Assembly (NCBI GenBank): GCA_963552125.1 | Contig: CAUVJF010000003.1 | Span: 3,680-67,679 of the forward strand | DNA length: 64,000 nt | Reading direction: 5' to 3' | Origin: an uncultured Atopobium sp. | GTDB lineage: Bacteria; Actinomycetota; Coriobacteriia; Coriobacteriales; Atopobiaceae | Shown here: one piece after another, positions 1 to 9,599 of the stretch | Position numbering within the stretch: position 1 is the stretch's first letter | Layout of the letters: every line of letters starts with the position of its first letter | Made by a program: the position numbers and the translations under genes | Notes under the pieces: model-generated | Databases searched by the model: none | Seen by the model: the letters and a program-made list of their open reading frames with translations, nothing else | Told to the model about the DNA's origin: nothing

Positions 1-882
1 AGGACGAGGTGGCATGAGGCAGTTAGTGGTGAAGACAACAGGAGCTGGAATGTCCTTGAACTCCTTCTGCTGGTTCTGCCATGCGGTACCAAAGTTGCCC
101 TTGAGCTGTGGATACTTCTTGAGCTCTGGATAACCGTGAGCTGGGAGCATCTCGCCGTGGGTGTAAACGTTGACGCCAGTGCCCTCGGTCTGCTCAAGGA
201 TCATCTTGAGGTCAAGAAGGTCGTGGCCGGAAACAACAATGAAAGGACCAGGCTCAATAGTCAGAGGAACCTCTGTTGGAACTGGGGTACCATAAGCGCC
301 GGTATTTGCGCTGTCGAGAAGAGCCATGCACTTGAGGTTGACCTCGCCTACCTCAAGGGTAAGAGGCAGCAAAACGTCAACGGAGGACTCGGTAGCAAGA
401 GCAGCAAGAGCCTTTACAAAGAAAGCGTCAACTGCGTCATCAGTCTTGCCAAGAACGCGAGCATGGTAAGCATACGCAGCCATACCACGAATACCAAAGA
501 GAATGAGGGACTTGAGGGACCTAATGTCCTCGTTGTCGGACCAAACGCCGCCAAGTGGAAGATCCTCAACAGGCTCTACGCCAGCCTCTGCAGCTAGACG
601 GTTCTTCTCGTCACGAACCTGAGCAGTAATTGCGTCAACAGCGCCCTTGTCAAAGTTGACGTTGGTGATGCAGGTGAACAGGCCGTCAACAATCAGCTGG
701 TCAGCACGGTTAGAACGCTTGCCAGCAGCAAGCTCGGTGCGAGAAAGGCCAACCAGAGCGCCGGTGAGCTCGTCCTGAGCAAACGCAACGTCAAACGGTT
801 TGCCACAAACACCAGCAGCGCCGGTACATGCAGTACAAGCAGCAGTCTGCTCGCACTGGAAACAGAACATCTTGTTATCCAC
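1..882 (-). CDS. hcp: Hydroxylamine reductase / hybrid cluster protein, 5' part (continues off the left edge)
   Basis: Not in the ORF track. Read by hand: GTG at 882 behind GGAGAGG gives MDNKMFCFQCEQTAACTACTGAAGVCGKP, the HCP N-terminal Cys cluster. Later YTHGEMLPAHGYPELKKYPQLKGNFGTAWQNQQKEF and TTNCLMPP. Confidence 0.95.
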   Translation of the reverse strand, partial: MDNKMFCFQCEQTAACTACTGAAGVCGKPFDVAFAQDELTGALVGLSRTELAAGKRSNRADQLIVDGLFTCITNVNFDKGAVDAITAQVRDEKNRLAAEAGVEPVEDLPLGGVWSDNEDIRSLKSLILFGIRGMAAYAYHARVLGKTDDAVDAFFVKALAALATESSVDVLLPLTLEVGEVNLKCMALLDSANTGAYGTPVPTEVPLTIEPGPFIVVSGHDLLDLKMILEQTEGTGVNVYTHGEMLPAHGYPELKKYPQLKGNFGTAWQNQQKEFKDIPAPVVFTTNCLMPPRP

Positions 883-966
883 TATTTTTCCTCTCCATAA
901 AAACCATATAGCGAGAAGAGATTTGCTCTTCTGGGTTTCATGATTACAGGAATGTGGAATAAGGTA

Positions 967-982
967 TGTTGTAATTACAACA
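967..982. promoter_or_regulatory. Perfect 16-bp palindrome TGTTGTAATTACAACA, probable HcpR (Crp/Fnr) operator
   Basis: Crp-like TGTTG-N6-CAACA dyad in the divergent intergenic region between hcp and the Crp/Fnr gene. Confidence 0.7.
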
Positions 983-1017
983 AAACGATTTCTGTCCAGA
1001 AATTTTTTGGAGAGCAT

Positions 1018-1686
1018 ATGAACGTACAAGACATCAAGCCCACATTTTTGCTTAACACAATTGTGTTTAAAGGAGTAAAACCAGAGCTATTAGAGGCTCT
1101 TTTAAAGCATTTACGTGCTGTTGTTCGCACCTATGAGCCAGGAGAGGTCATTTTGTGCGCTGGCGACAAGGCGCATCAATTTGGCATTGTTATCTCTGGC
1201 GCTATTCACGTTGAGGGATCTGATGCTCAGGGCAATATTTCTGTAATGGGAGCTTTCCATACCGGAGAAACCTTTGGAGAGGCGTATGCGGCCCTTGGAA
1301 ACGTGCCGCTTTTGACCTCGGTCGTTGCTACCGAGAAATCGGAAATTCTGCTGCTGGACGTGCGTCAAATTACTGCCAGAACGTGCGACATCTGCGGTGG
1401 CGTGGACATTATCATCAGAAATCTTATGGCTTCAATTGCTCAAAAGAACATTATGCTAAGTCGACGCATTCAAGATGCCGCACCAAAAAGTATTCGTGGC
1501 AAACTGATAGCGTACTTGCATACGCGCTCGCAAGCTGCAGGTTCTACAGAGTTTGATATCCCCTTCAACCGACAACAACTTGCGGATTATCTTGGTGTAG
1601 ATAGAAGTGCTTTGAGCGCTGTAATATCTTCTTTAAGCAAAGAAGGTGTCTTTGAAGTAAAGCGAAGTCACTTTAAACTTTTATAA
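1018..1686 (+). CDS. Crp/Fnr-family transcriptional regulator (HcpR-like)
   Basis: cNMP-binding-like N-domain (FGE motif) and C-terminal HTH (FNRQQLADYLGVDRSALS). Divergent from hcp. ATG 1018 follows GGAG. Confidence 0.88.
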   Translation: MNVQDIKPTFLLNTIVFKGVKPELLEALLKHLRAVVRTYEPGEVILCAGDKAHQFGIVISGAIHVEGSDAQGNISVMGAFHTGETFGEAYAALGNVPLLTSVVATEKSEILLLDVRQITARTCDICGGVDIIIRNLMASIAQKNIMLSRRIQDAAPKSIRGKLIAYLHTRSQAAGSTEFDIPFNRQQLADYLGVDRSALSAVISSLSKEGVFEVKRSHFKLL

Positions 1687-1712
1687 CAGCAATTCAGCCT
1701 AAGGAGGCTTTT

Positions 1713-2207
1713 ATGGCAGAGATTTATTTAGCAGGTGGATGCTTCTGGGGACTTGAAGAGTACTTCTCCAGAATTAATGGCGTTACCACAACTACGGTTG
1801 GCTATGCAAACGGAAAGACCTTGGATACCAACTATCAAGAGGTCAAGGCAACAGATCACGCAGAAACAGTGCATGTCACTTACGATGAGACCGTTGTAAG
1901 CCTCTATGACATTTTGCGCTACTACTTTAGGGTTATTGATCCCCTCTCAGTAAACAAGCAGGGCAACGATGTTGGCAGACAGTATCGCACAGGTATCTAT
2001 TACACAAACAATGCTGACCTGCTTGTTATTGACCGCATTATGACTGAACAAGAGTCTCTTTTTGGTCAGAAGCTTGCCGTTGAGGTTGAGCCGCTGGACA
2101 ATTATGTGCTTGCTGAGGAATATCATCAGGACTACTTGAAGAAGAACCCAGGCGGCTATTGCCACATCAATGTTGATGACGCATATAAGCCGCTTAGCTT
2201 ATGTTAA
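1713..2207 (+). CDS. msrA: Peptide-methionine (S)-S-oxide reductase MsrA
   Basis: GGCFWG active site, QYRTGIY, EYHQDYL..NPGGYCH; AAGGAGG RBS. Confidence 0.95.
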   Translation: MAEIYLAGGCFWGLEEYFSRINGVTTTTVGYANGKTLDTNYQEVKATDHAETVHVTYDETVVSLYDILRYYFRVIDPLSVNKQGNDVGRQYRTGIYYTNNADLLVIDRIMTEQESLFGQKLAVEVEPLDNYVLAEEYHQDYLKKNPGGYCHINVDDAYKPLSLC

Positions 2208-2303
2208 GAGGCGCCGTTGATGGATGGGATTTCAAAAACTATGTGCTTGGAACTATGTTCTATAGGTACATATCCGAAAACATAACGGATTACATCAATA
2301 AGG

Positions 2304-2741
2304 GTGAATATGAAGTTTTTATTAATTAAAAGCAGCATCATTGACATCAAAGCAACCCTCGGAAGGGTGCCTATCGCTTTAAGGCCCAGCCTGGTTTATA
2401 TAATTCTTATGCTGGTGTCAGTGATTCCGCTGCGGCTGCTACATTTCCCTGCTTTATCGATAGGAAGGATGATTCAGCTCGGGCTTCCTATACTTATGTA
2501 TTTCATCCTAGCCCCGGTACTGGCAGCAATGAGCATCAGACAAGAAGACTTATCAAGGGGGAACCTTCCTGCCTTGATTGTAGCTGGCGTGATACTGTTT
2601 TTATGTATTCCAATCAGCCGATTAGCGTACTTCGACTTTTGGGAGAACCAGTATTTCACTTTTTGGGCCATTTTTGTAACTGTAGTTCCTTTTGTTGTGA
2701 CTGTTGTGGCGACCTTAATAAAGATCCTACACTCCATGTGA
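2304..2741 (+). CDS. Hypothetical integral membrane protein (about 4 TM)
   Basis: 145-aa ORF with four hydrophobic stretches; no family recognised. Confidence 0.6.
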   Translation: MNMKFLLIKSSIIDIKATLGRVPIALRPSLVYIILMLVSVIPLRLLHFPALSIGRMIQLGLPILMYFILAPVLAAMSIRQEDLSRGNLPALIVAGVILFLCIPISRLAYFDFWENQYFTFWAIFVTVVPFVVTVVATLIKILHSM

Positions 2742-2816
2742 TTTCCTTGAAGCGGTTAGCCAGGCGCGCCTTATCGGTGTAGTAACTGCCCAGGAAGTTA
2801 GACAGGATGTGAGTAA

Positions 2817-3389
2817 CTACTTTTTGACCTCGTAGTGGCTCTTTACCGTAAACGTAATAACGTAGGTCTTACGATACGACTCTGGTGCAGAAGTAAGAAT
2901 TGCGCAGTCGGTCAGATTGTAGTTAGTTGGGTGTGCAAGAGCCTGATCAACGGTGTTGCCAATCTCTTCTGCAGATTCAAGCACCTGGGCCCTCTGAGCT
3001 GCATCGATAGTTGCTTTTCTCATCAAATCAAACTGATCTGCGGTACCCTCAATGCGAATGATAATGGGCCAAAGGCTGTCTTTATCAATCTGAGTGGTAA
3101 TTTGAAGATCTGGATACAGGCTGTTATCAAAGCTGAATCCATCAGGAATATGGTAGGTGCCATAGCCTGTAGCGTTGGAATTGTTTGATGAGGAGCTAGA
3201 GGAGCTAGAAGAATCCTCTTTTTTCTCGTCCTTTTTCTCTTCTTTTTGTTCTGACGTGGTGGATTGTGTCTGGTCTTGTTTGTTTTCTGTTTGTGAGCAG
3301 CCAGACAAAATGCTCACACTCAAGGCTGACGTTACCAGTAGTACAAAAATTGCAGTAAAGAACTTGCTCATGCTAGAGCTACGCTTCAT
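2817..3389 (-). CDS. Putative lipoprotein with Ser/charged low-complexity linker
   Basis: GGAGG RBS, signal peptide ending in lipobox LSGC, poly-Ser linker. Confidence 0.75.
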   Translation of the reverse strand: MKRSSSMSKFFTAIFVLLVTSALSVSILSGCSQTENKQDQTQSTTSEQKEEKKDEKKEDSSSSSSSSSNNSNATGYGTYHIPDGFSFDNSLYPDLQITTQIDKDSLWPIIIRIEGTADQFDLMRKATIDAAQRAQVLESAEEIGNTVDQALAHPTNYNLTDCAILTSAPESYRKTYVITFTVKSHYEVKK

Positions 3390-3505
3390 TTGACCTCCAT
3401 TAAACGGAACGTGCCAACTACCAGGAACTCACTGCGATTGTACCCAGCAAATAACGCAATCTAGCTGGGAGAATATTTCACAACATAAAATATTGTTTCA
3501 TCTTT

Positions 3506-3817
3506 TTATGCTTCCCACAGAAAGCGCTTCATATCAACTTTGCCGTTGTCTAGAAACTGCACACCCTCTGCCTCAAGAAGCTCTCGTTGAGCGTCAGGTC
3601 CACCAAACGCAAAGCCAGGAGCTAGCGAGCCGTCTTTAAAGACTACTCGGTGACATGGTACGCCACCAGCAACTCCCGGACTCTGGTGCATAGCAAATCC
3701 TACATAGCGAGCCTTTCTTGGCTCCCCTATCATTCGAGCTATATGCCCATACGTACTGACTCTGCCCTCGGGAATCTGTTTGACTACTGAAAACGTACGC
3801 TGAAAGAAGTTATCCAT
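3506..3817 (-). CDS. MGMT-family O6-alkylguanine DNA-binding protein (single domain)
   Basis: IPEGRVSTYGHIA, ARYVG and PCHRV motifs; active-site Cys retained. Confidence 0.88.
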   Translation of the reverse strand: MDNFFQRTFSVVKQIPEGRVSTYGHIARMIGEPRKARYVGFAMHQSPGVAGGVPCHRVVFKDGSLAPGFAFGGPDAQRELLEAEGVQFLDNGKVDMKRFLWEA

Positions 3818-3855
3818 ATCTAGCCCACTCTATCTTCACGGTTACCGGTAATTGC

Positions 3856-3884
3856 TTGCTCATTTTATGTTGGAATGCTATCGT
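3856..3884 (+). promoter_or_regulatory. Sigma70-type promoter of tRNA-Pro
   Basis: TTGCTC, 17-bp spacer, extended -10 TGcTATCGT, ending 12 nt before the tRNA. Confidence 0.6.
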
Positions 3885-3896
3885 ATCAAAAGCAAA

Positions 3897-3973
<77 letters not shown>

Positions 3974-3982
3974 GAATTTCTC

Positions 3983-4006
3983 GCCAGGAGTTTTCCTGGC
4001 TTTTTT
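3983..4006 (+). terminator. Intrinsic terminator after tRNA-Pro
   Basis: GCCAGGA-gttt-TCCTGGC followed by a T-run. Confidence 0.8.
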
Positions 4007-4116
4007 ATTACCTAAACACCGCGAGAAACCCTATGCACAAGCAGCAAAATCAAGCTGCAAAACAAAGCGGCCGGCTACTGTAAACAACCGACCGCATATC
4101 TAGCGTGTGAGCCTTC

Positions 4117-5961
4117 CTAGGCGTTAGTGCCCTCAAATTGGCTCTCGTACAGCTTGGCGTAGAAACCGCCTTTGGCCAAGAGCTCATCGTGAGTGCCTCG
4201 CTCAAGAATTGAGCCATCCTTGAGGACAAGAATGCAATCGGCACCTTGGATAGTTGAGAGCCTGTGGGCAACAACCAGTGAAGTTCTACCCTTCATGATG
4301 GTATCAAATGCCTTCTGTACCAGCTGCTCTGTGCGTGTATCAATACTGGACGTTGCCTCGTCCAGAAGCAGAATAGGTGGATTGGCTAGCATAACGCGGG
4401 CAATGCATAGAAGCTGCTGTTGACCCTGGGACAGAGATCCGCCAGACTCTCCCACCATGGTGTCATAACCCTGAGGAAGCTGCTGGATGAACTCGTGAGC
4501 CTGAGCCTTTTGAGCTGCAGCAATAATCTCTTCATCCGTGGCGTCTGGCTTTGCGTAGCGGATGTTTTCTTTGATGGTTCCCTTAAAGAGCCACGTATCC
4601 TGCAACACCATGCCAAACTGCTCTCTGAGCGATGCCCTTGTGAGCTTTTGCGTGTTATGTCCGTCTACATAAATAGCGCCAGAATCAATGCTATAGAACC
4701 TCAGCAGCAGGTTAATAAGGGTAGTCTTACCGCAGCCAGTAGGGCCAACAAGAGCAATCTTCTGACCAGGTTCGGCTTTGAATGAAATGTGGCTAAGCAG
4801 TGGGTGCTTGGGATCGTAGGAGAATGCTACGTTGTCAAATTCAATGGAGCCTTGTGGGTTCTGAATGATTTCAGCATCGGCTGGATCGGGCTTGATTTCT
4901 TTTGCGTCGAGAAGATCAAACACACGGCGAGCGCTTGCGTAGGCGGTCTGAACCTGCGTAACAACTGCAGAAATAGCGTTAAAAGGCTTCATGTACTGGT
5001 TAGCGTACGAGAGGAAGCTCTGTACCTGACCGATAGTGAGTGGAGAAGGAACGCCCGTCAGAACGCAAATGCAACCAAGAGCAGCTACCAGAGCGTAAAT
5101 GAAGTTATTTACCAGACGCGTGGAGGGGTTAGAAAGTGATGATGCAAATTGTGCGCGCTCTCCAACTACACGGAGTTTCTCGTTAATTGCTTCAAACTGC
5201 TCAATAATGGCATCCTTATGGGCAAATGCGGTGATAAGCTCCTGGTTGGAGACCATCTCTTCTGCGTATCCGCCAAGCTGACCTTGGTAGCCCTGCTGCT
5301 TGCTAAAAGATGAGCTTGCGTACTTGGTAATGGCGGAAGCAACAATAATAGAAAGCGGCGTAGCTAGAGCAACCACAAGGCCCATAGGAATCGACATATA
5401 GAACATGAAGCATAAGGTTCCAATAATGGTCACCACGCCCGTAAGGAACTGCGTCAGGCCCTGCTGAAGGCCGTCACCCAGCTGATCAACATCGTTAACT
5501 ACCCTAGAGAGCAAGTCTCCCTGAGAATGCGTGTCAATGTATGAGAGCGGTAAGTTTGCAACCTTGGCGTGAGATGCGTCTCTAAGGTCACGGGTGACCA
5601 GGTAGGTGAGCTTATTGGTAGACCAAGAAGCAAGCCACTGCGTAGCGCTTGCAAGCAAAACTACCACCGAGAGCTGAGCAAGCGTTGGCAGAAGTGCTGC
5701 CTCGCCACCCTGCACTAGCCTTATCAGCTGGTCGATGGCGGCGCCTACAATGATGGGTACCCAGAGTTGCAAAAGCACGGTTGCAATTGAAGAGGCTGCC
5801 GCAAGAACCAGAAAACCTCCGTGAGGAGAAATCCATGAAGCTAGACGGCGCGTTACTTCTGCTGCAGACATAGAAATGACATCTACTGAGCCGCCCTTGC
5901 CATGCTCAGGCGCGCTTGATGCAATAGCGGAGGTGCTTCCGCCAGAATACATATCGGCCAT
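4117..5961 (-). CDS. ABC exporter TMD-NBD subunit (consensus half of a heterodimer)
   Basis: GPTGCGKTT, LSQGQ, LLDEATS, VAHR. Start taken at ATG 5961, which overlaps the upstream stop (TAATG). Confidence 0.92.
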   Translation of the reverse strand: MADMYSGGSTSAIASSAPEHGKGGSVDVISMSAAEVTRRLASWISPHGGFLVLAAASSIATVLLQLWVPIIVGAAIDQLIRLVQGGEAALLPTLAQLSVVVLLASATQWLASWSTNKLTYLVTRDLRDASHAKVANLPLSYIDTHSQGDLLSRVVNDVDQLGDGLQQGLTQFLTGVVTIIGTLCFMFYMSIPMGLVVALATPLSIIVASAITKYASSSFSKQQGYQGQLGGYAEEMVSNQELITAFAHKDAIIEQFEAINEKLRVVGERAQFASSLSNPSTRLVNNFIYALVAALGCICVLTGVPSPLTIGQVQSFLSYANQYMKPFNAISAVVTQVQTAYASARRVFDLLDAKEIKPDPADAEIIQNPQGSIEFDNVAFSYDPKHPLLSHISFKAEPGQKIALVGPTGCGKTTLINLLLRFYSIDSGAIYVDGHNTQKLTRASLREQFGMVLQDTWLFKGTIKENIRYAKPDATDEEIIAAAQKAQAHEFIQQLPQGYDTMVGESGGSLSQGQQQLLCIARVMLANPPILLLDEATSSIDTRTEQLVQKAFDTIMKGRTSLVVAHRLSTIQGADCILVLKDGSILERGTHDELLAKGGFYAKLYESQFEGTNA

Positions 5962-7706
5962 TACTCCACCTCCTCGGGACGAAGCTGCGAGAGACAAATC
6001 TCTTTATAGAGCGGGCACGTGGCGAGAAGTTCTTTGTGTGTTCCCAGCCCCACTTGTTTTCCGTGGTCAAGAACAAGAATCTTGTCTGCTTGCATTACCG
6101 CTGCTACACGCTGCGAAATAATGATGCTTGTAGTGGTGGCGCTGAGCTTACGAAGCGCTGCACGGAGGTGGGCGTCCGTAGCAAAATCAAGTGCGGAAGC
6201 AGCGTCGTCCAAGATGACAATGCATGGGCTTCCTACCAGCGCACGGGCGATGGTCAAACGCTGACGCTGACCTCCCGAGAAGTTTTTGCCGCCACGCTCG
6301 ACAATGCTATCAAGCTGATCGGGTTTCTCGCGCACAAAGTCTGCTGCTTGAGCAACCTCAAGAGCTGCCCAGAGTTCCTCATCGGTAGCGTTAGGGTTCT
6401 TCCAGCAGAGGTTGGTACGGATAGTGCCACTGACCAGCGAGGTATGCTGTGGAACGTAGCCAATAAGGGCACGAAGCTGCTCAAAGGTATAGGTTTTGAC
6501 GTCGTGACCAAAGACACTTACAGAGCCTGATTCTGTGTCAAAGAGTCGCGGGATAAGGGCGGCAAAACTAGACTTACCCGAGCCAGTACCACCGATAATT
6601 CCCAGCGTCTGACCAGCCTGAAGCATGAGATTGATGCCAGAAAGAGCTGGCTCTCCTCCTCCACCATAGACAAGCGAGGCGTCCTTAAACGCTACGGCAG
6701 TTCCGGTAAAGTCGGATTCAGTGAGGTTGATTTGCCTGTTTCCTTTATCAGAGAGCGTTGGCTTGGTGTTCAGAACTTCCATTATGCGTGCAGCAGACGC
6801 AGTTCCGCGTGTAATGATAATAACCAGGTTAGCAACGTAACCAATAGCCAAAAGCGCACTGGTCATATAGCTGACAAGTGCCACCACGGTACCTTGCGAT
6901 AGCGTACCTGCAGTAATCTGAGGAGCCGCAAGCCAAAGCGTTACGGCAATTCCCAGGTACATAACAAGGAAGGTTGCTGGGTTCAGTAGAGCTGAATAAT
7001 TTGCAGCATCAGTTGCTGTTTCTGTCTGAGCAAGAACTGCCTCAGAAAATTGTTCCTTCTCTTCTGACTCATGCCTAAAAGCCCTAATAACACGAATACC
7101 AGAAAGCATTTGTCGCATATATAAAGAAACGGTATCAAGGCGCTTCTGCAGCTCAGTAAAGAGTGCGGTAGATTTACGTGCAACAAAAAAGAAAATAGCG
7201 GCTACCAACACTGTTGCCAGTAAAAAGACCATACCAAGCTGCGCATCAAGCATAAGGGTGGCAATAATAGATCCAGCCGCTAAGATTGGCCATCTGACCA
7301 GCTGACGAATGCCCAGAGCAACGGTAACCTGCACCTGGTTAACATCGTTGATAAGACGGGTTACCAGCGTGTCTGTTCCCAGTGCAGAAATATCAGTACT
7401 TGAGAGCTCTTGAATCTTCTTGAATAGTTCATTGCGCAGGTCAGTTCCCGTGCGCTGAGAAACAATAGAAGCAATTTTCTGACAGACAAGCGTAAAACTA
7501 AAACCCACAATTGCGATTACGACTAGCAAAATACCGTAGCGAATAATGTCATACATGTTTGCCCCGTGAATTCCCAGGTCAATCATGCGCGCAATAATCA
7601 AAGGTGTAAGAAGGTCACCAATGACCTCAACACCTTTACAAAGCAAGGCAACAAAACTCTTGCGAGCATACTTTGGCCATACAAATCTAGAGAGCAACTC
7701 TCCCAT
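5961..7706 (-). CDS. ABC exporter TMD-NBD subunit (degenerate half)
   Basis: GGTGSGKSS, FSGGQ; non-canonical Walker B ILDDA and Gln in place of the switch His (ISQR), typical of heterodimeric exporters. Confidence 0.92.
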   Translation of the reverse strand: MGELLSRFVWPKYARKSFVALLCKGVEVIGDLLTPLIIARMIDLGIHGANMYDIIRYGILLVVIAIVGFSFTLVCQKIASIVSQRTGTDLRNELFKKIQELSSTDISALGTDTLVTRLINDVNQVQVTVALGIRQLVRWPILAAGSIIATLMLDAQLGMVFLLATVLVAAIFFFVARKSTALFTELQKRLDTVSLYMRQMLSGIRVIRAFRHESEEKEQFSEAVLAQTETATDAANYSALLNPATFLVMYLGIAVTLWLAAPQITAGTLSQGTVVALVSYMTSALLAIGYVANLVIIITRGTASAARIMEVLNTKPTLSDKGNRQINLTESDFTGTAVAFKDASLVYGGGGEPALSGINLMLQAGQTLGIIGGTGSGKSSFAALIPRLFDTESGSVSVFGHDVKTYTFEQLRALIGYVPQHTSLVSGTIRTNLCWKNPNATDEELWAALEVAQAADFVREKPDQLDSIVERGGKNFSGGQRQRLTIARALVGSPCIVILDDAASALDFATDAHLRAALRKLSATTTSIIISQRVAAVMQADKILVLDHGKQVGLGTHKELLATCPLYKEICLSQLRPEEVE

Positions 7707-9599
7707 TTACGCTTCACCAAGTTTCTCTGCAAGCGTTAACCACTCGTCTTCTAGCTCCATCAGCGCAGCCTCTGCGTCATCAAGCTGCTGTTGCAGCTCC
7801 ATCAAACGCTGGGCGTCGGTAGCATCAGCGGAGCTCATCTGCTCCCTAATCTGCTCAGGCAGCTCCTGAGCCTTGCCCATACGGCGCTCAATCGAGTCAA
7901 AGCGCTTCTTAAGCTCGCGACGCTCAGCGTTACTCAGCACCGCACCCTCCTGGCGAGAAGATCCGTCTACCTGCGACTCATTTGTATCTGAACTGCCGCG
8001 TGCACCTGACAACTCCCCCGCTTTTCTCGCCGTTTGCTTTGCAGCATCAACAAGCTTGAGGTACTCGTCCACGCCGCCAGGAACGTGGCGAATGTGGCCG
8101 TCTATGAGGGCATACTGGTCATCGGTAACGCGCTCAATCAAGAAGCGGTCATGGCTGACTACCAGAAGCGTTCCAGGCCATGAGTCCAGAAGGTCTTCCA
8201 GTACAGCAAGCATATCTGTGTCCAGATCGTTGCCTGGCTCGTCCAGCACCAGCACATTTGGCTCTTCCAGAAGAACGCACAGAAGTGCTAGACGCCTACG
8301 CTGGCCACCAGAGAGGTCTTGCAAGCGGTTAGTGAACTCTCGGCGATCAAAGCCCAAGCTTTCAAGCAGCTGTGTAGGGCTTTGCATCTTGCCGTTTACC
8401 AGGTAGCTTGTCTTGTACTGACCAAGCAGCTCAAGAACAGTCCATGTCTCTTTTGTGGCAAACGTATCAATCTGCTGAGAAAGCCAACCAAATTTGACGG
8501 ACTTTCCTACCTTTACCAGACCAGACGTTGGCTGCAGCTGCTGTGTCATCAACTCAAGAAGCGTGGACTTACCAGCGCCATTCTCGCCCAAAATGCCATA
8601 GCGATCACCTGGGCCAATGAGCCACTCAACATGCTTGATGACGTCTACCTGGGAGTTTGAAGCATCCGCCTGCGTATTTGAATCTGTGTCAGCAGTTAGC
8701 ACGGCATTCTTGTAAGAGAACGAGACATCATGCATCTCAATAACCTGCTTGCCTAGCCTAGAGACTGCCATGCGTTTGAGCTCAAGCGTGTTTCTGAGTG
8801 GTGGATCTTCGGCCAGAAGCTCCATGGCAGCGTCAATCCTAAACTTAGGCTTTGACGTGCGTGCCTTTGCACCATGAGCAAGCCAATTAAGCTCTTTTCT
8901 AAGCGTATTCTGACGGCGCTCTTCCATCACCGCTGCCTGTCTATCACGTTCAACTCGAGCTTGAATGTAGGCAGAATAGCCGCCGTCAAATGGGTCAATA
9001 ACGCCATCGTGGACTTCCCACATGTGGTCGCAGACCTCATCCAAGAACCAACGGTCATGTGTGACCAGAATGAGGGCGCCATTTCCCTCTGACCAGCGGT
9101 TTTTAAGGTGATTTGCAAGCCACTGAATAGCGTGAAGATCAAGGTGGTTAGTTGGCTCGTCAATAAGCATTAAGTCCCAGGTGCCCACAAGCAGTCGAGC
9201 CAAATCACAGCGTCTACGCTGACCTCCAGAGAGCTCTCTTACCAGGCCATTCCAGTCCAAGTCTCCAATGAGTTCATCAATAATTTTACGGATGCGAGCG
9301 TCAGATGCCCACTCATACTCTGGCGTGTCTCCCACAACAGCACTACAAACCGTCTGTGTATCAGAAAGTGAATCACTTTGGCCCATATAGCCTACTTGGA
9401 TGCCACTTCTCCAAATTACTTTACCAGAATCAGGCTCAATTCTTTTGGCGATAAGATCTAAGAGAGTTGATTTTCCATCACCATTTTTGCCCACAACACC
9501 AATACGGTCACCCTCATTAACGCCAATAGTCTGGTTAGTAAGAACCTTCTTACCAGGCCATTCCATAGAGATTTGTTCACAACCTACTAGAATTCCCAC
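7707..9599 (-). CDS. ABC-F family ATPase (Uup-like)
   Basis: Two NBDs (GKNGDGKST, GENGAGKST; LSGGQ twice), no TM segments, C-terminal coiled coil. Confidence 0.92.
   Translation of the reverse strand: MGILVGCEQISMEWPGKKVLTNQTIGVNEGDRIGVVGKNGDGKSTLLDLIAKRIEPDSGKVIWRSGIQVGYMGQSDSLSDTQTVCSAVVGDTPEYEWASDARIRKIIDELIGDLDWNGLVRELSGGQRRRCDLARLLVGTWDLMLIDEPTNHLDLHAIQWLANHLKNRWSEGNGALILVTHDRWFLDEVCDHMWEVHDGVIDPFDGGYSAYIQARVERDRQAAVMEERRQNTLRKELNWLAHGAKARTSKPKFRIDAAMELLAEDPPLRNTLELKRMAVSRLGKQVIEMHDVSFSYKNAVLTADTDSNTQADASNSQVDVIKHVEWLIGPGDRYGILGENGAGKSTLLELMTQQLQPTSGLVKVGKSVKFGWLSQQIDTFATKETWTVLELLGQYKTSYLVNGKMQSPTQLLESLGFDRREFTNRLQDLSGGQRRRLALLCVLLEEPNVLVLDEPGNDLDTDMLAVLEDLLDSWPGTLLVVSHDRFLIERVTDDQYALIDGHIRHVPGGVDEYLKLVDAAKQTARKAGELSGARGSSDTNESQVDGSSRQEGAVLSNAERRELKKRFDSIERRMGKAQELPEQIREQMSSADATDAQRLMELQQQLDDAEAALMELEDEWLTLAEKLGEA

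Noticed and set aside
136..597. 153-aa plus-strand ORF
   Set aside because: Antisense to hcp, which the ORF track missed because it runs off the window edge.
2250..2260. GAACTATGTTC as a LexA box
   Set aside because: Spacer is 3 nt rather than 4, and the downstream gene has no SOS link.
3506..3817. Alkyltransferase-like (ATL) non-catalytic protein
   Set aside because: It keeps PCHRV rather than PWHRV; short Cys-containing MGMT proteins are common.
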